The position numbers were made by a program, and so were the translations under genes. Positions 52,410 through 64,000 of a DNA stretch of 64,000 nucleotides are shown here, piece after piece (the stretch's first letter is position 1; each line of letters begins with the position of its first letter). Under the pieces are notes generated by a model. The model did not search any database and had not been told where the DNA came from. It worked only from the letters and a program-made list of their open reading frames with translations. The stretch is from NCBI RefSeq assembly GCF_009834535.1, contig NC_045697.1, positions 35,156,001 through 35,220,000 of the forward strand, in the 5' to 3' direction. The stretch comes from Camelus ferus. Lineage: Eukaryota.

Positions 52410-53690
52410 GTAAAACATACACTATAAAACTTTTAGAAGAAAACACAGGAAAAAAAAAATCTTTGACACCTAGGGCCAGGTGAAGAGTCCAGAGACATGA
52501 CACCAAAAGTACAATCAGAAAAGAAAAAAACAACGATTAAATACACTACCTGAAAATTTAAAACTTTTTTGCTCTGTAAAAGACCCTGTTAAGAGGATGA
52601 AGACAAGTTATTGATGGGAAGAAAAACTGTGCCAACCACTTATCTAGTAAAAGACTTACACTGACAATACATAAAGAACCCTCAAAACTCAACAATGAAA
52701 AAAAAAATTCAATTTGCTCATTAGGGAAACAGTTAATTTGTCCACTAGGTAAAGGCAAATTAAAACCACAATGAGATATCACTACACAAAAATGACTAAT
52801 TTTTTTTAAATAGTGAAAATAATCAAATTCTGGCAAGCATATGGAGAAGCTAGAGCTTTCATACATTGCTGTTGGGAAAAAACAGCCACCCTGAAAAACA
52901 GTCTGGCAGTTTCTTGTAAAACTAAACATCACTTATAATACAACCCAGCAATTACACTCTTGGACATTTACATTTACACCAGAGAAATGAAAACTTATGT
53001 TCACACAAAAAACCTATACACAAAGGTGCACAGCAGCTTTATTTGTAACAGCCAAAACCTGGAAACAACTCATCCGCCCTTCAACAAGTGAATGAACAAA
53101 CTGTGCACTGTGATATATCCATACACTGAACGCAACTCAGCAATAAAAAGAAATGAACCACTGTACTGATACATACGACAATGTGGATGGTTCGCCAAGG
53201 AATTGGGCTGGATGAAAAGAAGTTGATCTCAAAAGGTTACATGCAGCATGATTCCATTTATGTTACATTCTCGAAATGATGCAATTATAGAGATGGAGAA
53301 CAAATTACTGGTTGCCAGTAAACAGAGATGGGGAGGGTGAGGAAGGAGGAAACCTTGAGCTGCATGAAGGCGTTTCTTGGCAGGGATGGAATAGTACTGT
53401 ATCTTGATTGTGGAGCTGGTTAAATGAATCTAGGCACAAAATGTTATCAAATTGCATAGAACTATACACACACACACACATGAATGAGTGCATTAAAAAC
53501 CATGAAATCTGACTATGGCTACTTAACAGTACTGCATTAATGTCAGTTTCCTGGTTTAATGTTGTTATAAATACATGTGTTATGTAAGATACTACAACCG
53601 GGGAACACAATGAAGGTTACATCGGACTCCCTGTACTATTTTTGCAATATCTCATGAGTTTATAATTATTTCAAAAAAAAAAAAAAGTTT
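52410..53690 (+). mobile_element. L1MD/MC 3' fragment with poly(A)
   Basis: actataaaacttttagaagaaaacacagga...aaattaaaaccacaatgagatatcactac...tataattatttcaaaaaaaa. Confidence 0.85.
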
Positions 53691-56454
53691 AAGTGATGAC
53701 ATTCAACCATGCTTATCTTATTTTTTAAATTAATATTTTAAGTAGAATCAAAAACATAAAAATAACTTTAAACTGTTCTAAAATATTTTTCGTCTTTAGC
53801 TCCTTATTTTTGTTAATGTCTTATTATGTATATAATATAGTATACAGTTTACAACAAACATACACATATTGTGGGTTCAGATACATTTTCTTCTACTGCT
53901 GGAGTGTGACATAAAATTTCTGCAGACCTGTTACAGAGGCCACAATAATCTAAGATGCTATCTTTTAAATTTTTTACTTGGGGAAGCATATGCTGGAAGA
54001 GGGAAAACACTAGATTATCAAAAAGAATTCAATTCTATCCATAGGTTAAAGAAGTCACAATCTCATTCTTGTCTACAAAATGAAGGCGTTCTATTGGATC
54101 ATTCCCAAGGACAGTCCAGCTCTGAAAACATTATGACTCTATATGAGTTTTACAGCAGGAAAAAGTGAAACAACCATAAAGAAATGTATGACTAAACCCT
54201 AACCAGTATTTACCGAAAGTATACTATGGGTTCAATATTGCCAGGAATAGTAACTACAAGACACAGGCTAAGTTATCATCAGCACAAAACCAGAAAAGGG
54301 CATCTACTAAGATAATTTTAGCTCCAAGAAAATAATTACCAGAAGATCTGGTTTAAATAAAAATATCTAGATAACAGGCAGGTGTGGCTATTTTACATAC
54401 AGCCTCACAGTTCTGTAAAGCCTCTAATTTCTGCTCATAGAATTAGGTTGCTGAATTTGCAGCAAACAAAATACCAATGTATACAAGTATCCTGGGGTAC
54501 AAGCTTGGGTGTTGGGTTCTCGCAAGTAGACTACCAAGACATCCAAAAAAGAATTATTTCCATCCACTTAATTAATTATTCTCCATCCACCTGAGTTAGA
54601 CTTAATAAGACAGAACTTTAAGAGATCCATTATTCAAGGGAAGTTAAATATCTACAAAGTAATTATACCACCCCGCTACACCACCTTCTGCTATCCAGAA
54701 ACATCACCTACCTGAAACGGCCCAAAACTAGGAAAGAAGCAAGAGTCCTCTAAGCAGTAAAAACCAACGTAACAAGGTCCTAGCAATAACACTCCATGCA
54801 CAGGAAGTTCTTTGGTCTCTCACCCAGAACTTTCTATCATTTTTATCCACCATTCAACAAGCACGGTTATGGGTTCTATTCTCATATCACATGGAAAATA
54901 ACAAATCTGAAAGGTGAGGAAACCACTACAGGTGGGTGTAATGACAGCAACAAAGACACAGCTAACAGTAAACTAATAAGCAAATCAACCCCCCCAAACC
55001 AGACATGATCTAGAAAGGAACAGTTCCACCAACAAAAGAACAAAATATGGTGCTCTGTGTATTGCTTACTGAGGAGACTAATGGCTGGACGCTCTGCAAA
55101 TACATTGTTATGAGTTCACTGACATCCAAGACACATGAATAGAACCACCAAAGTACTATTTTTTTAACTAGTATTATAGACAGTATTATCCATCTTAAAT
55201 TGTTTAATGGAGGAAAAAAACTGAAAGCTGCATTTAAATTATCTTTCCAGTATTCTTTAGTACTGAATTAAATTGCATCACATCTGAATGTTACCATGAA
55301 ATACAGACAAACCAAAAAACAAAAGAGAACAAAACAGAACAAGAAATCCTGAGAAGCTGAAATCAATTCAGGCAGCAAGGCATACATGTGAATATTTTAC
55401 AACCTAAAAAATAAGGCTGCACTGAGGTAAGTGAACAAACTAATGACCCCTTCTTCAATTCCCAGATGCCCTTAAAAAAAAAAAAAAATCAACAACACTT
55501 TAACCTCTCTGAAGTATGGCTGTTCTAGAAGAGAGATGTAGGTTACAACTGCTGTCATCCAACAGCAGGATTTAGTTGGTAAAAACTTTATGTTGACATT
55601 TCCTGGAAAGATCAAGAATGCAACAATGCTAGCATCAAAATATCTTAGGTTTGATCAAAAATGGTCACTCAAAACAATCTTAAAAACAAAAACAAAGAAA
55701 TGATCAGAAGCCTGTAAAACTGTAATCAATGGAGATAGTTACAGAAAATTCTCCAAACACACACAAAAAATTGCATCCTTTTATTTTAAAAGATCTTGTC
55801 ATTTTAAAAGTAAAGTACTTATCACATTACTTAGTAAACATTCAATAAACTTAGCTACAATTATTATTACAAGATGGAAAATGAAGACCAGTAGAGCTGA
55901 TGAAAATATCTAGGATTATAGTGGTCAGGCAACCAATAAACACTTAAGTGCCTGCAAGCTCTCGAGCACTATGCAGGGCAATATGAGTGCCTCAAAATCA
56001 ATCTATGTATGCAGCACTATTTCTTATCAAATAAATGACAAGTTGCACAATACAAGCTCACCATTTTTAACCAATAAGGTAAACATGACTATACACTCAG
56101 CAATGATTAGAACTTACCAAGTACTTTCAACTTCTTTCAAAGTACTGGCCTTTATTTAAGCCCAGTATGCAGAATTTGAGACATAAATTATTTACTTGTA
56201 CAGTCATCAAATGATTAAATTAATATTAAAAAGTGTCACCAAAATGAGTCTTATGATTTACAGGGAGGGAAAAAAAAATCTCTTTTCCCATTTCTCTCCA
56301 GGCTTAAGTAGAACACGGATTTAGATAAATTCCCTCTTAAGGAAAATCTTTCTAAACTTGGAGTGACAAACATCACAAAAGGACCCTCTCTGTACTCCTA
56401 GGATTTATGCACATTAGAGGGATGGATTTATACAGGAGAGCACTTTTATTAAAA

Positions 56455-56675
56455 TGCTATGCTCCATTTACATGAAATATCCAGAGTAGGCAAATGTATA
56501 GAGATGGAGTGCAGGGCTTAGGAGGGAGGTAGGGAAGGTGATGAGGAGATGAAAAAGTTCTAAAACTGGCTATGATGAGGCGTACAACACTATAATATAC
56601 TAAGAACATTGAATTGTACACTTTAAAAAAGTAAACTGTATGGTATGGAAATTGTATCTCTCCAAAACTGTTATT
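56455..56675 (+). mobile_element. Short L1MB 3' end
   Basis: ccatttacatgaaatatccagagtaggcaaat...gatgaaaaagttctaaaactgg...gaattgtacactttaaa. Confidence 0.75.
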
Positions 56676-58074
56676 TTAAATTTTTAACTCTTCACAAAAC
56701 TTGATAAATCACAACTGCTGCATTATGGTCAAACCCCATAGGCTGTATCCTTGATCAGATATTCTTCCTGGCCTGGTCGACTCCATCACTGACAGTCCTA
56801 CAAGGCCTCTTTCTTAACAAGCTGATTCTTGCCCCACAATACAAAGATGGAGCAACAGGCTTGGGAGGGCTGGGGCGGGGATGGTGGTGGTGGTGGTTCA
56901 TTTTGTAAAACTTAGGAATACTTTACACTGTATTTTAATACAAATGATTTTTCAAAGCAATTATTTTTATAACATAAAAAATCCTGATAAAGGTCTCTAT
57001 TAATTATAGCATTGAGTTTAAAAGAATGTGTTACTATTCCATCAGCAAAATATGAATTTCCTACTAGGACACAAATGTAGTGTAATAATGGTGGTCTTTG
57101 AAATGGACAATCCCATTATGGTATAAGGAAAGACACATCAACATTTGCAGAATTTCAGAAAAATTCTGCCCATAGGAATAGCAGTGTTTGAAATTTAGAG
57201 GAAAAAAAAATTCTAGCACTCACAGATTTCCTTTAAAAGGCACCATGGACTCCAACCCACCTCCTATGGAAGCCAGCTTTGTTTGCTAGGATACCTCAAA
57301 TGAAGCTGCAAATAATAATAAACAAGAGTGAATAATAAGTCACTCAAGAGTGCACTTTGTGTACACTACCTTTAATCCGTATGGACCACTCTGTCTCTTG
57401 AAGTAAAGACCCTACTCAAAGGAGCTCATTGTTTGTGGTACAGACAGGCTTCACCATCTTATCCTCAGTGACTACATGGTGCGCAATTTAGGTGCAGTTC
57501 TCAATAAAAACTTGCTGAATAAATGGAGATTTCACGCCTCATTAGGCTTACTGGCTACTTGCAGCTGGGTTTTCTACTTAGAAACCTGTGAGAAACCTTT
57601 TCCCCCCTCTGGGCTGGCTTAAAGATGCACCTAGAACAACAGAATCTTTTCACCTATTTCATCAGCCTACATTGTAGCTCCCTTTTTATAATGAGCAGCA
57701 GATGGGTGGAGGGAAACCTCTACATGTGAACTGATCAGGAACAGACATCTTCCTACATTCCTCTTGGGGCAACTATTATGAACAGTGCCTGTTGGCAGTC
57801 TCAAAGCAATTTTTAATGCTCTCTAGAGATGAGAAGAATCAAGAAATGAGAAGAGATTAAGCTTACAGTATATACTCCAAAAACATTTTTGGCTAGAGAT
57901 ACCTAAAATGTTCAGGGACACTGGTTTTGACCAATTTTTAAAATGATTATGATTCTAATGATTATAGACTACATCTTGAATGCAAAACTACTGGTGGGAG
58001 CCTTGCATCTCAAGAAAAGGTGAAAGAGCCATAATTACTCAGAAATTACTGGAGAAATTAATAATAAATAAATA

Positions 58075-58445
58075 AGTATATTCCACAGTAACCAACAGAT
58101 GGAAACAACCCAACTGTTCACTGAAGGAGAAATGGATAAGGACAATGTGGTATATACATACAATGGAATATTATTCAGCCATAAAAAAGGAAATCCTGCC
58201 ATTTGCAACAACATGGATGTACCTGGAGAACATTATGCTAAGTGAAATAAGCCACTCACAGAAGAATAAATACTGCATAATTCCACTCATATATGAGGCA
58301 TTTAAAACAGTCAAATTCATGGTTGCCAGGGGCTCATGGGAAGTGGAAATGGGGGAGATGCTGTTCAATGGGCATAGAGCTTCAGTCATGCAAGGTGGAA
58401 GAGCTCTAGAGATCTGCTGTACAATATTGTGCTTACAGTTAATAA
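58075..58445 (+). mobile_element. L1MA 3' end
   Basis: translation MWYIHTMEYYSAIKKEILPFATTWMYLENIMLSEISHSQK = ORF2 C-terminus. Confidence 0.9.
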
Positions 58446-60054
58446 TATATTTGTTAAAAGAGTAAAAAACAAACAAATGAATATATAAAAATTAATTACC
58501 TCTCTCCATTCACAGTAAACACAACTTACTAATTAAAATTTTCAAATATGATAGCTTAAGTCAGTAGTATCTGAAGGTAATTTAAAAAAAAAGGGCAGGG
58601 AGGGGGGAACTGGAAGAAAAAGTCAAACAACTACCAATAGTTATGATAAAGGCAGTGTTATGAGGGACTTTTAATTTCTAAATTATACACTTCTTTCATA
58701 TCAGTATTTTACAATGAGCATGTAAAACTGTTGATAAGGGGAAAAAATGATTTTTCCTTTAAAAACACATACACATCGTCCCCAAATAAAACAATTTGAA
58801 CTTTACAGTTGATGGTTTTACAGAATACTAGCAGGCTAATAAGACCGATCAAGTACTTTACGCAGCAGTAAAAAAGAAGGGGGGGGCAAAACTTTTGTTA
58901 ATGATTTTTTTACCAAAATCCACAATCCAATGAAGAAATACACACATAACTATAGTGTAAGTCAGAGCATGGCTTGTGCTATATAAGGACTTTACTGGAG
59001 CAACAGAAAATAGCCATGATTTAGGATCAGGAGAGCTTGCAGACAAGGTGAGATTTGAGCTGGGTTAGATGGTGATCCCTCTGGTGAGGTAACAACAGTT
59101 GAAATTTAGAGTACATGCTCTGCACCCCCACCCCCCGCCCCCTACATTTTATAGATAAAAATAGTTCAAGTGGAGAACATACACCCCAAACATACTTTAT
59201 TTTTTAATTTTTAAAAAAATACAACAGTTGCTATATAAAGGAGAACTTCCCCACATCACCTAAGTTTCTGCTAGCATTCCATTATTCCTTTACCATTTTG
59301 GCATGAATCCTGTGTCACTGTTACCTTGCACCTGTTACTGCACTGAGATCCACATTATCTTTTCTCTATGAATGATGATTTTGCATCTTCCCATTACACT
59401 CCATAACTTTGACAGCAATGATTGTCATCCTTTTCTACTGTATATTCCCATAATCTTCTTTAAGTAAAGATGATGCTGACAGATTAAACCTAGCTCTAAT
59501 AACTGGGACAACAAGCAATCACTACCACAAAAGATGTCTGTGGAAAAGATATTATAAATAATTAGATCACATTTTTGTACACAGAACAAAAAGCACATAG
59601 ATTAGTATGTCTTTCTCCAGATGCTGAACCAACTGCTATTCTTTGGTGTAACTTGTTCAGAAAGGGTTTATTTTAAAAATAAATAAATAAACCTCTCAAG
59701 TGGCCTCTATAGAACATTGTCTTTTTCTGTCACAAAGACCTAAGTCAACACATTTATTGGGCACTAGAAATGTACTAGGTGATGCAGTGAATCTGCACCA
59801 AAATAGAGGGCAGTCCTAGTTCCCAGAGATCTCAAGGGACAGTTCACAATTCAAGAAATGCCTGGGCAATGTGTATATTTAAGACAATGTGTTTAAAACA
59901 ATTGAAAAGCACACAGGAAAAAAAAAAAATGTTTTCCAGGAAACAAAGCCTAGATATTTCAAAGATAATTCTTTCTGAATGTTTTCTTTATATGTGATTT
60001 TTTAAAGGTTCAGGAATTCTCTGCTCTATTGTTTAAATAAGTGGTAAGTAAAAA

Positions 60055-60079
60055 GAAGGAAAGAAAGGAAGAAACAAAG

Positions 60080-60162
<83 letters not shown>

Positions 60163-60205
60163 GAGAAAGAAAGAAAGAGAGAAAGAAAGAGAGAGAAAGA
60201 AAGAA
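60055..60205. repeat. (GAAA)n purine microsatellite
   Basis: direct reading. Confidence 0.95.
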
Positions 60206-61329
60206 TGAACCTTGGAAACTTGTTTTAATCTTCTACTTTCTATTATGAGATGGAGAGGAAGTTATGCCTACAAGCTTGCCTGACATCCTTATCAAAGATC
60301 AGGATCAAAGAGAGGAGGAGGAAGGGCAGTATTAGGTGTAACAACACCAGATACCATCAAGATTACAAAAGATCATGTTTTTGTGTGTCTACACTTCCTA
60401 AACTCTGTGGGAAAAGTAAAGTGTCTCCCAAACATTATTATGTGAAATTGACTTTTCGTCTCCCAAGTATAATTCCTCCTCTGTTATTGCTGAGCCTGTA
60501 AACTTGTTATAATGCTCCACATAACTCATAAAGTTACTAAACAGTTAATCAATGAACATTTTGGGAAGTTGTTAGTACTGCTTTACTGAAAACAAAACAA
60601 AAACCACTGGGCCAGAGGTTCCAACAAAATTCACTATCCTAGAGAAATAATTTTACAAAATAACTCAGAATGGAAGAAAAGACCGGGTGGAATGCTCTCT
60701 TTGATAATGAGTAGCCAAAAAAAAAAAAAAAAAGACTACAGAATAACAAACCCACTGCTACTTTGTTTATAGGGTTGTAACCTGCACACGCAAGTACTCT
60801 ACAAAGTATTGCACAAGAAGAAACTGTCAAAAATGAATGCTCATGAAAACATTCCTTTCCTAAGTAAGGTCTCTAACAAGGCTCTGCTGTTTCTAAATAT
60901 ATTTTCTTTAGCAAGTATTGACAGGTATAGCATAGCTATAATGCTCAAGATGAAAAAAACCATTTGTTTTATCAATAGTAAAAGTTGCTGTTACTAATTA
61001 TAATACCTATGGGTTAGGTAGCAGAAATTAACTTTATGGAATCGGCTGGGAAGAACAATTACAACACTAAATTTATTTCTATCAAAAATCTTTTCCCCCC
61101 CTAATCCTATAGAACTTAGCAACCTGGGGGCTTTTTGTTTTGTTTTGCAATTGTTTTTCCTTTCAAAAGAAGCTCTGCCAGTCAACTCGAAGTAATACTT
61201 TCCACAGTTCAAAGGTTAAGGCAAATTCGGTTCTACGTAGAGCTCTTGCTCATCAGTACCCCTCCCTTCTTTTTTCATTTTTAAAGTATCCTGACCTAAG
61301 AGAGGTTAATGCTCCCCTACAATCGCAAA

Positions 61330-62950
61330 TCCATGAGCGAAGCGATTTTAGGCGCCGAGGAAAACTGGGATGGGAGGAAAAGACCGATAGCGATCAAGAA
61401 CCATTCCGCCCTAGAAATCACTCTCTCCAGAACTCAGGAAACGAGGTTATGCCCAAAGAACCTGCCGCCCGGAAGCCACAACTTCCATCAATCGGCAAAG
61501 AAAAGTTGCAAGGAAGAGCTCAGCACACAGGCAGCCTGCGCCGGTGCGGAGACTGAGAGCAGCAAAGGCATTCACAGGCCCCGACGGCCCGCGGGCGGCG
61601 GCTACCGAGTCCGTGGGGCCGGCTCCGGCACGCTTTGGGGTCTGGGGGTGCGCGGCCGGCCCGGAGCGGTGCGGGCACGGTGCCCGCGTCCGCACCCCTC
61701 CCCACGACCGCGAGCAGTGGGCGGAGAGACGAGAGTAAAGGAAAAGACGGACAATGCTGGGCCAGGCTGGTGACTCCGCCCGCTCTGCGGGTCCCCAGCG
61801 CCCCTTCCCACCCTGGGGCCGCCAGCTGCGGCGCTAAGTTTGCTCCTCAGCCCTCCCTTCACGACGCGGGCGGCGAAGCAGTGGCCGCGGACCTCCCTCC
61901 GCCCCGCCGCCGCCTTCCTACCCGCGGGGCGGCTCCCGCGGGTCCGCGAGGACGCGGCGTGCGCGAGCAGAATGGGGCGCGCGAGAGGAAGGGGGCGCGC
62001 AAGGAAGCAGCGCGCGCGCGGAGAGCCGGGCGCGCGGGGGAGCGGGGCGCGCGGCGCTCCCCGAGGACCCACTGCCGCTCCAGCGGGTTTTCGGTTGAGG
62101 CGGGGGCTGCGCCACGGTTTGGTGTCCGTTATGAGTCTTGGCCCGGGCGGCGCAGCTTGCCAGCCATTCTAGCCCGCCTCCCCCTCGGCTCCCATCAGGA
62201 AGGGCAGCCGGGCGAGGGCCGGCGACCTCTTCTCCCGCCAGGGCTGCGGCCGCCGGTCGGCGGGCATCCCGGCGCCTGCCTCTAGGGCTGGAAGAAAAAG
62301 TGAAATGAAGCGCCTTTCCCCAGGCAACACCTACCCGTCCCCAGTCCAAGTGCAGCTGCCTCGCTCCTCAGGCGCCGCCGGTCCCCGCCCTCGGGCCCCA
62401 AGCTCCGTTCTCCTGACAATGGCGCGTTCCCTTTAAGGAATAATCCGATCGGAACCGATCTGTGGTTAAACCTCCCTCCGACACTGATTTTAACCGGATT
62501 TCTCTCTCTCCCCGAGAGCCCGACAGGCGCCCGGCGGTGCTGCGAGATCTTCCCACCTCTTCCCCGCCCCGCCCACTCCCTGGCGGTCCTGATTGGCGAG
62601 AAACACTACAACAGGAACAGCAATCCTCGCACCCCACTGGCCGGTACAGCCGCCGTTCAGAGTTACCCCCGCCCTCACCCCGCCCCTCTCCCCGGGTTGG
62701 CCCTACCTCTAATCACTCTCTGTCTTCTACTCCAGCGTTGCTTTGGAGAACTGGCAGTCAAGGCTCACCCTCCCGCCTCCGGAAAGCGAACTTTATTTTT
62801 ATTGGTAAAAGGACATCTTCCTGTGCACCTGATTGGGCAAGGAAAGAGTTAGTCTGCACGCCCCTTACCCATTATCGCGCTCTCTTTACGGGTTTGAGAA
62901 ATACAGCCGCCAAGTCCTCCGTACTTTGCCTTGTTCCAAGCGCCTTTCCC
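61330..62950. promoter_or_regulatory. CpG island promoter of the minus-strand gene
   Basis: dense CpG, very high GC; GC boxes (~62562-62574), CCAAT boxes on minus strand (~62592, 62801, 62832); several minus-strand splice donors. Confidence 0.9.
62073..62287 (-). other. Candidate 5'UTR exon in CpG island carrying two uORFs
   Basis: acceptor cttcatttcactttttcttccag|C (62288/62287), donor GCA|gtgggt (62073/62072); uORFs 62267-62169 (32 aa) and 62167-62129 (12 aa). Confidence 0.5.
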
Positions 62951-64000
62951 TTTAAATGCTGGTAGGGGTCGTTGACAAACTCACAGCCTGTACTGGGGAA
63001 AGACGGAAAGGGAGAAGAGAAAAATTCAAAATCTTCTCCAAATCAGTAATACATACGGAGCTGGAGATGGGATCCTGCGGAAGCTCATCCTTCGCTCTAC
63101 TGAATGGAGTGGTTAGAATGAATTAGAATACCCGAAATTCTGGTACTAACTCCTCCTGAGTTTTATTCAACAAGTTTTCACTTACTGTCCACCCTACTCC
63201 CACGGTCGATCCCATAGGCATTTCGCTACCCCAAAGAACTTTAATAAAGGGATCTGCAAATCTAGAGGTGTCCTGCTCTGTCCCGTAATCGTTCATTTAA
63301 AAAGCATTTAAATCGCTTCCATTAAAAGTTCCATTTAATTCATGTCTTCTGTGTTATCTCGGGGTTTGTCACTAGAGCTAAGTTACTCTTCTGAAAAGAC
63401 TGAATAGATGCCCAATCCCCACCATGCCAGCCTCCAAAGTTGAAGACGTCCGTCCGCCTTGCTAGAACAGTGTCCTGGGGAGACCAGACTGAGCCCAAGC
63501 AGGTACCAGAAGTCTATTTCTTGACAGAAAGGGGGAGTCTGGCACCGGAAGCTTAACCCTGCCCCAAAACCTCATGTATGGAAAGAGTAGGAACTCTGCG
63601 GCAGCCTGCTGGGGTCTGCCTTATGATTTTCCCAGTTTCCCATGGGAGCTGTAAGAAACGAAAGGGTTGCAACTGCTGAAATTGGGTACTCAAGTGCTTT
63701 GGTACCCATTTGAGTGTTAGGGGGAAACGATTAAATTTTCTGCTCCTCTTTGCCAATGAACTTTGAGAGACTTTGGACCTCAGGATGTTTAGTGCATTTG
63801 CATGAGACCTCAGAAGAAACCAGTGCTGCCAAGAAAGTGGCAGCTCCCGGCAGTTCCCTAGAAAAGCTTTAGTACCAGAAAGGGGTAGGGTGTGGGGAGG
63901 GAAAACGTTGGTAGTTGATAGGACTTTTCTGTGAGTTCAGGTGAAAAATCTCCTGGGGATACTCATAAATATGGAAGACTTACAAAAGGGAAAGGTTGCA

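Noticed and set aside
59230..59480. Possible Tigger/pogo transposase N-terminal remnant on minus strand
   Set aside because: Similarity too weak to support by eye.
62288..62334. Apparent 47-nt GT-AG mini-intron
   Set aside because: Below the usual mammalian minimum intron size; the donor and acceptor more likely belong to different isoforms.
2829..62400. Assigning a gene symbol to the host gene
   Set aside because: Neither the leader exons nor the 67-aa peptide matched a gene I can recall with confidence.
61140..62965. Long Arg/Gly/Pro/Ala-rich ORFs on both strands (up to 216 aa)
   Set aside because: Expected stop-codon scarcity in a CpG island; no recognisable domain.
1..64000. CRISPR arrays, rRNA, operon-like prokaryotic systems
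   Set aside because: Sequence is mammalian intronic DNA; no regularly spaced repeats or rRNA motifs seen.

Overview
AT-rich mammalian genomic DNA, very probably camelid (Camelus/Vicugna), judged from six copies of the camelid-type tRNA-derived SINE. The window holds the 5' part of a minus-strand gene I cannot name. It has a CpG-island promoter at ~61.3-62.9 kb with several candidate first exons, a clear 178-nt internal exon at 25224-25401, and a candidate coding exon at 2829-3030 (67 codons, strong Kozak, phase-1 donor) that splices out of the window. The introns are filled with old L1/L2/L3/MIR/MLT/LTR/MER repeats, a near full-length L1MC lacking its RT domain, and a processed FABP5 pseudogene. 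The most unusual signal is a ~0.7-0.9 kb GC/CpG-enriched unique segment at ~15.6-16.5 kb. Its interrupted reading frames resemble, by eye, the core of a negative-strand RNA virus (borna/chu-like) nucleoprotein, so it is a candidate endogenous viral element. Other notable items are a SINE with an apparent 3' transduction and a nested micro-insertion, a candidate recursive splice site, and hAT-transposase-like fossils. Repeat family names and boundaries come from visual recognition and are approximate.
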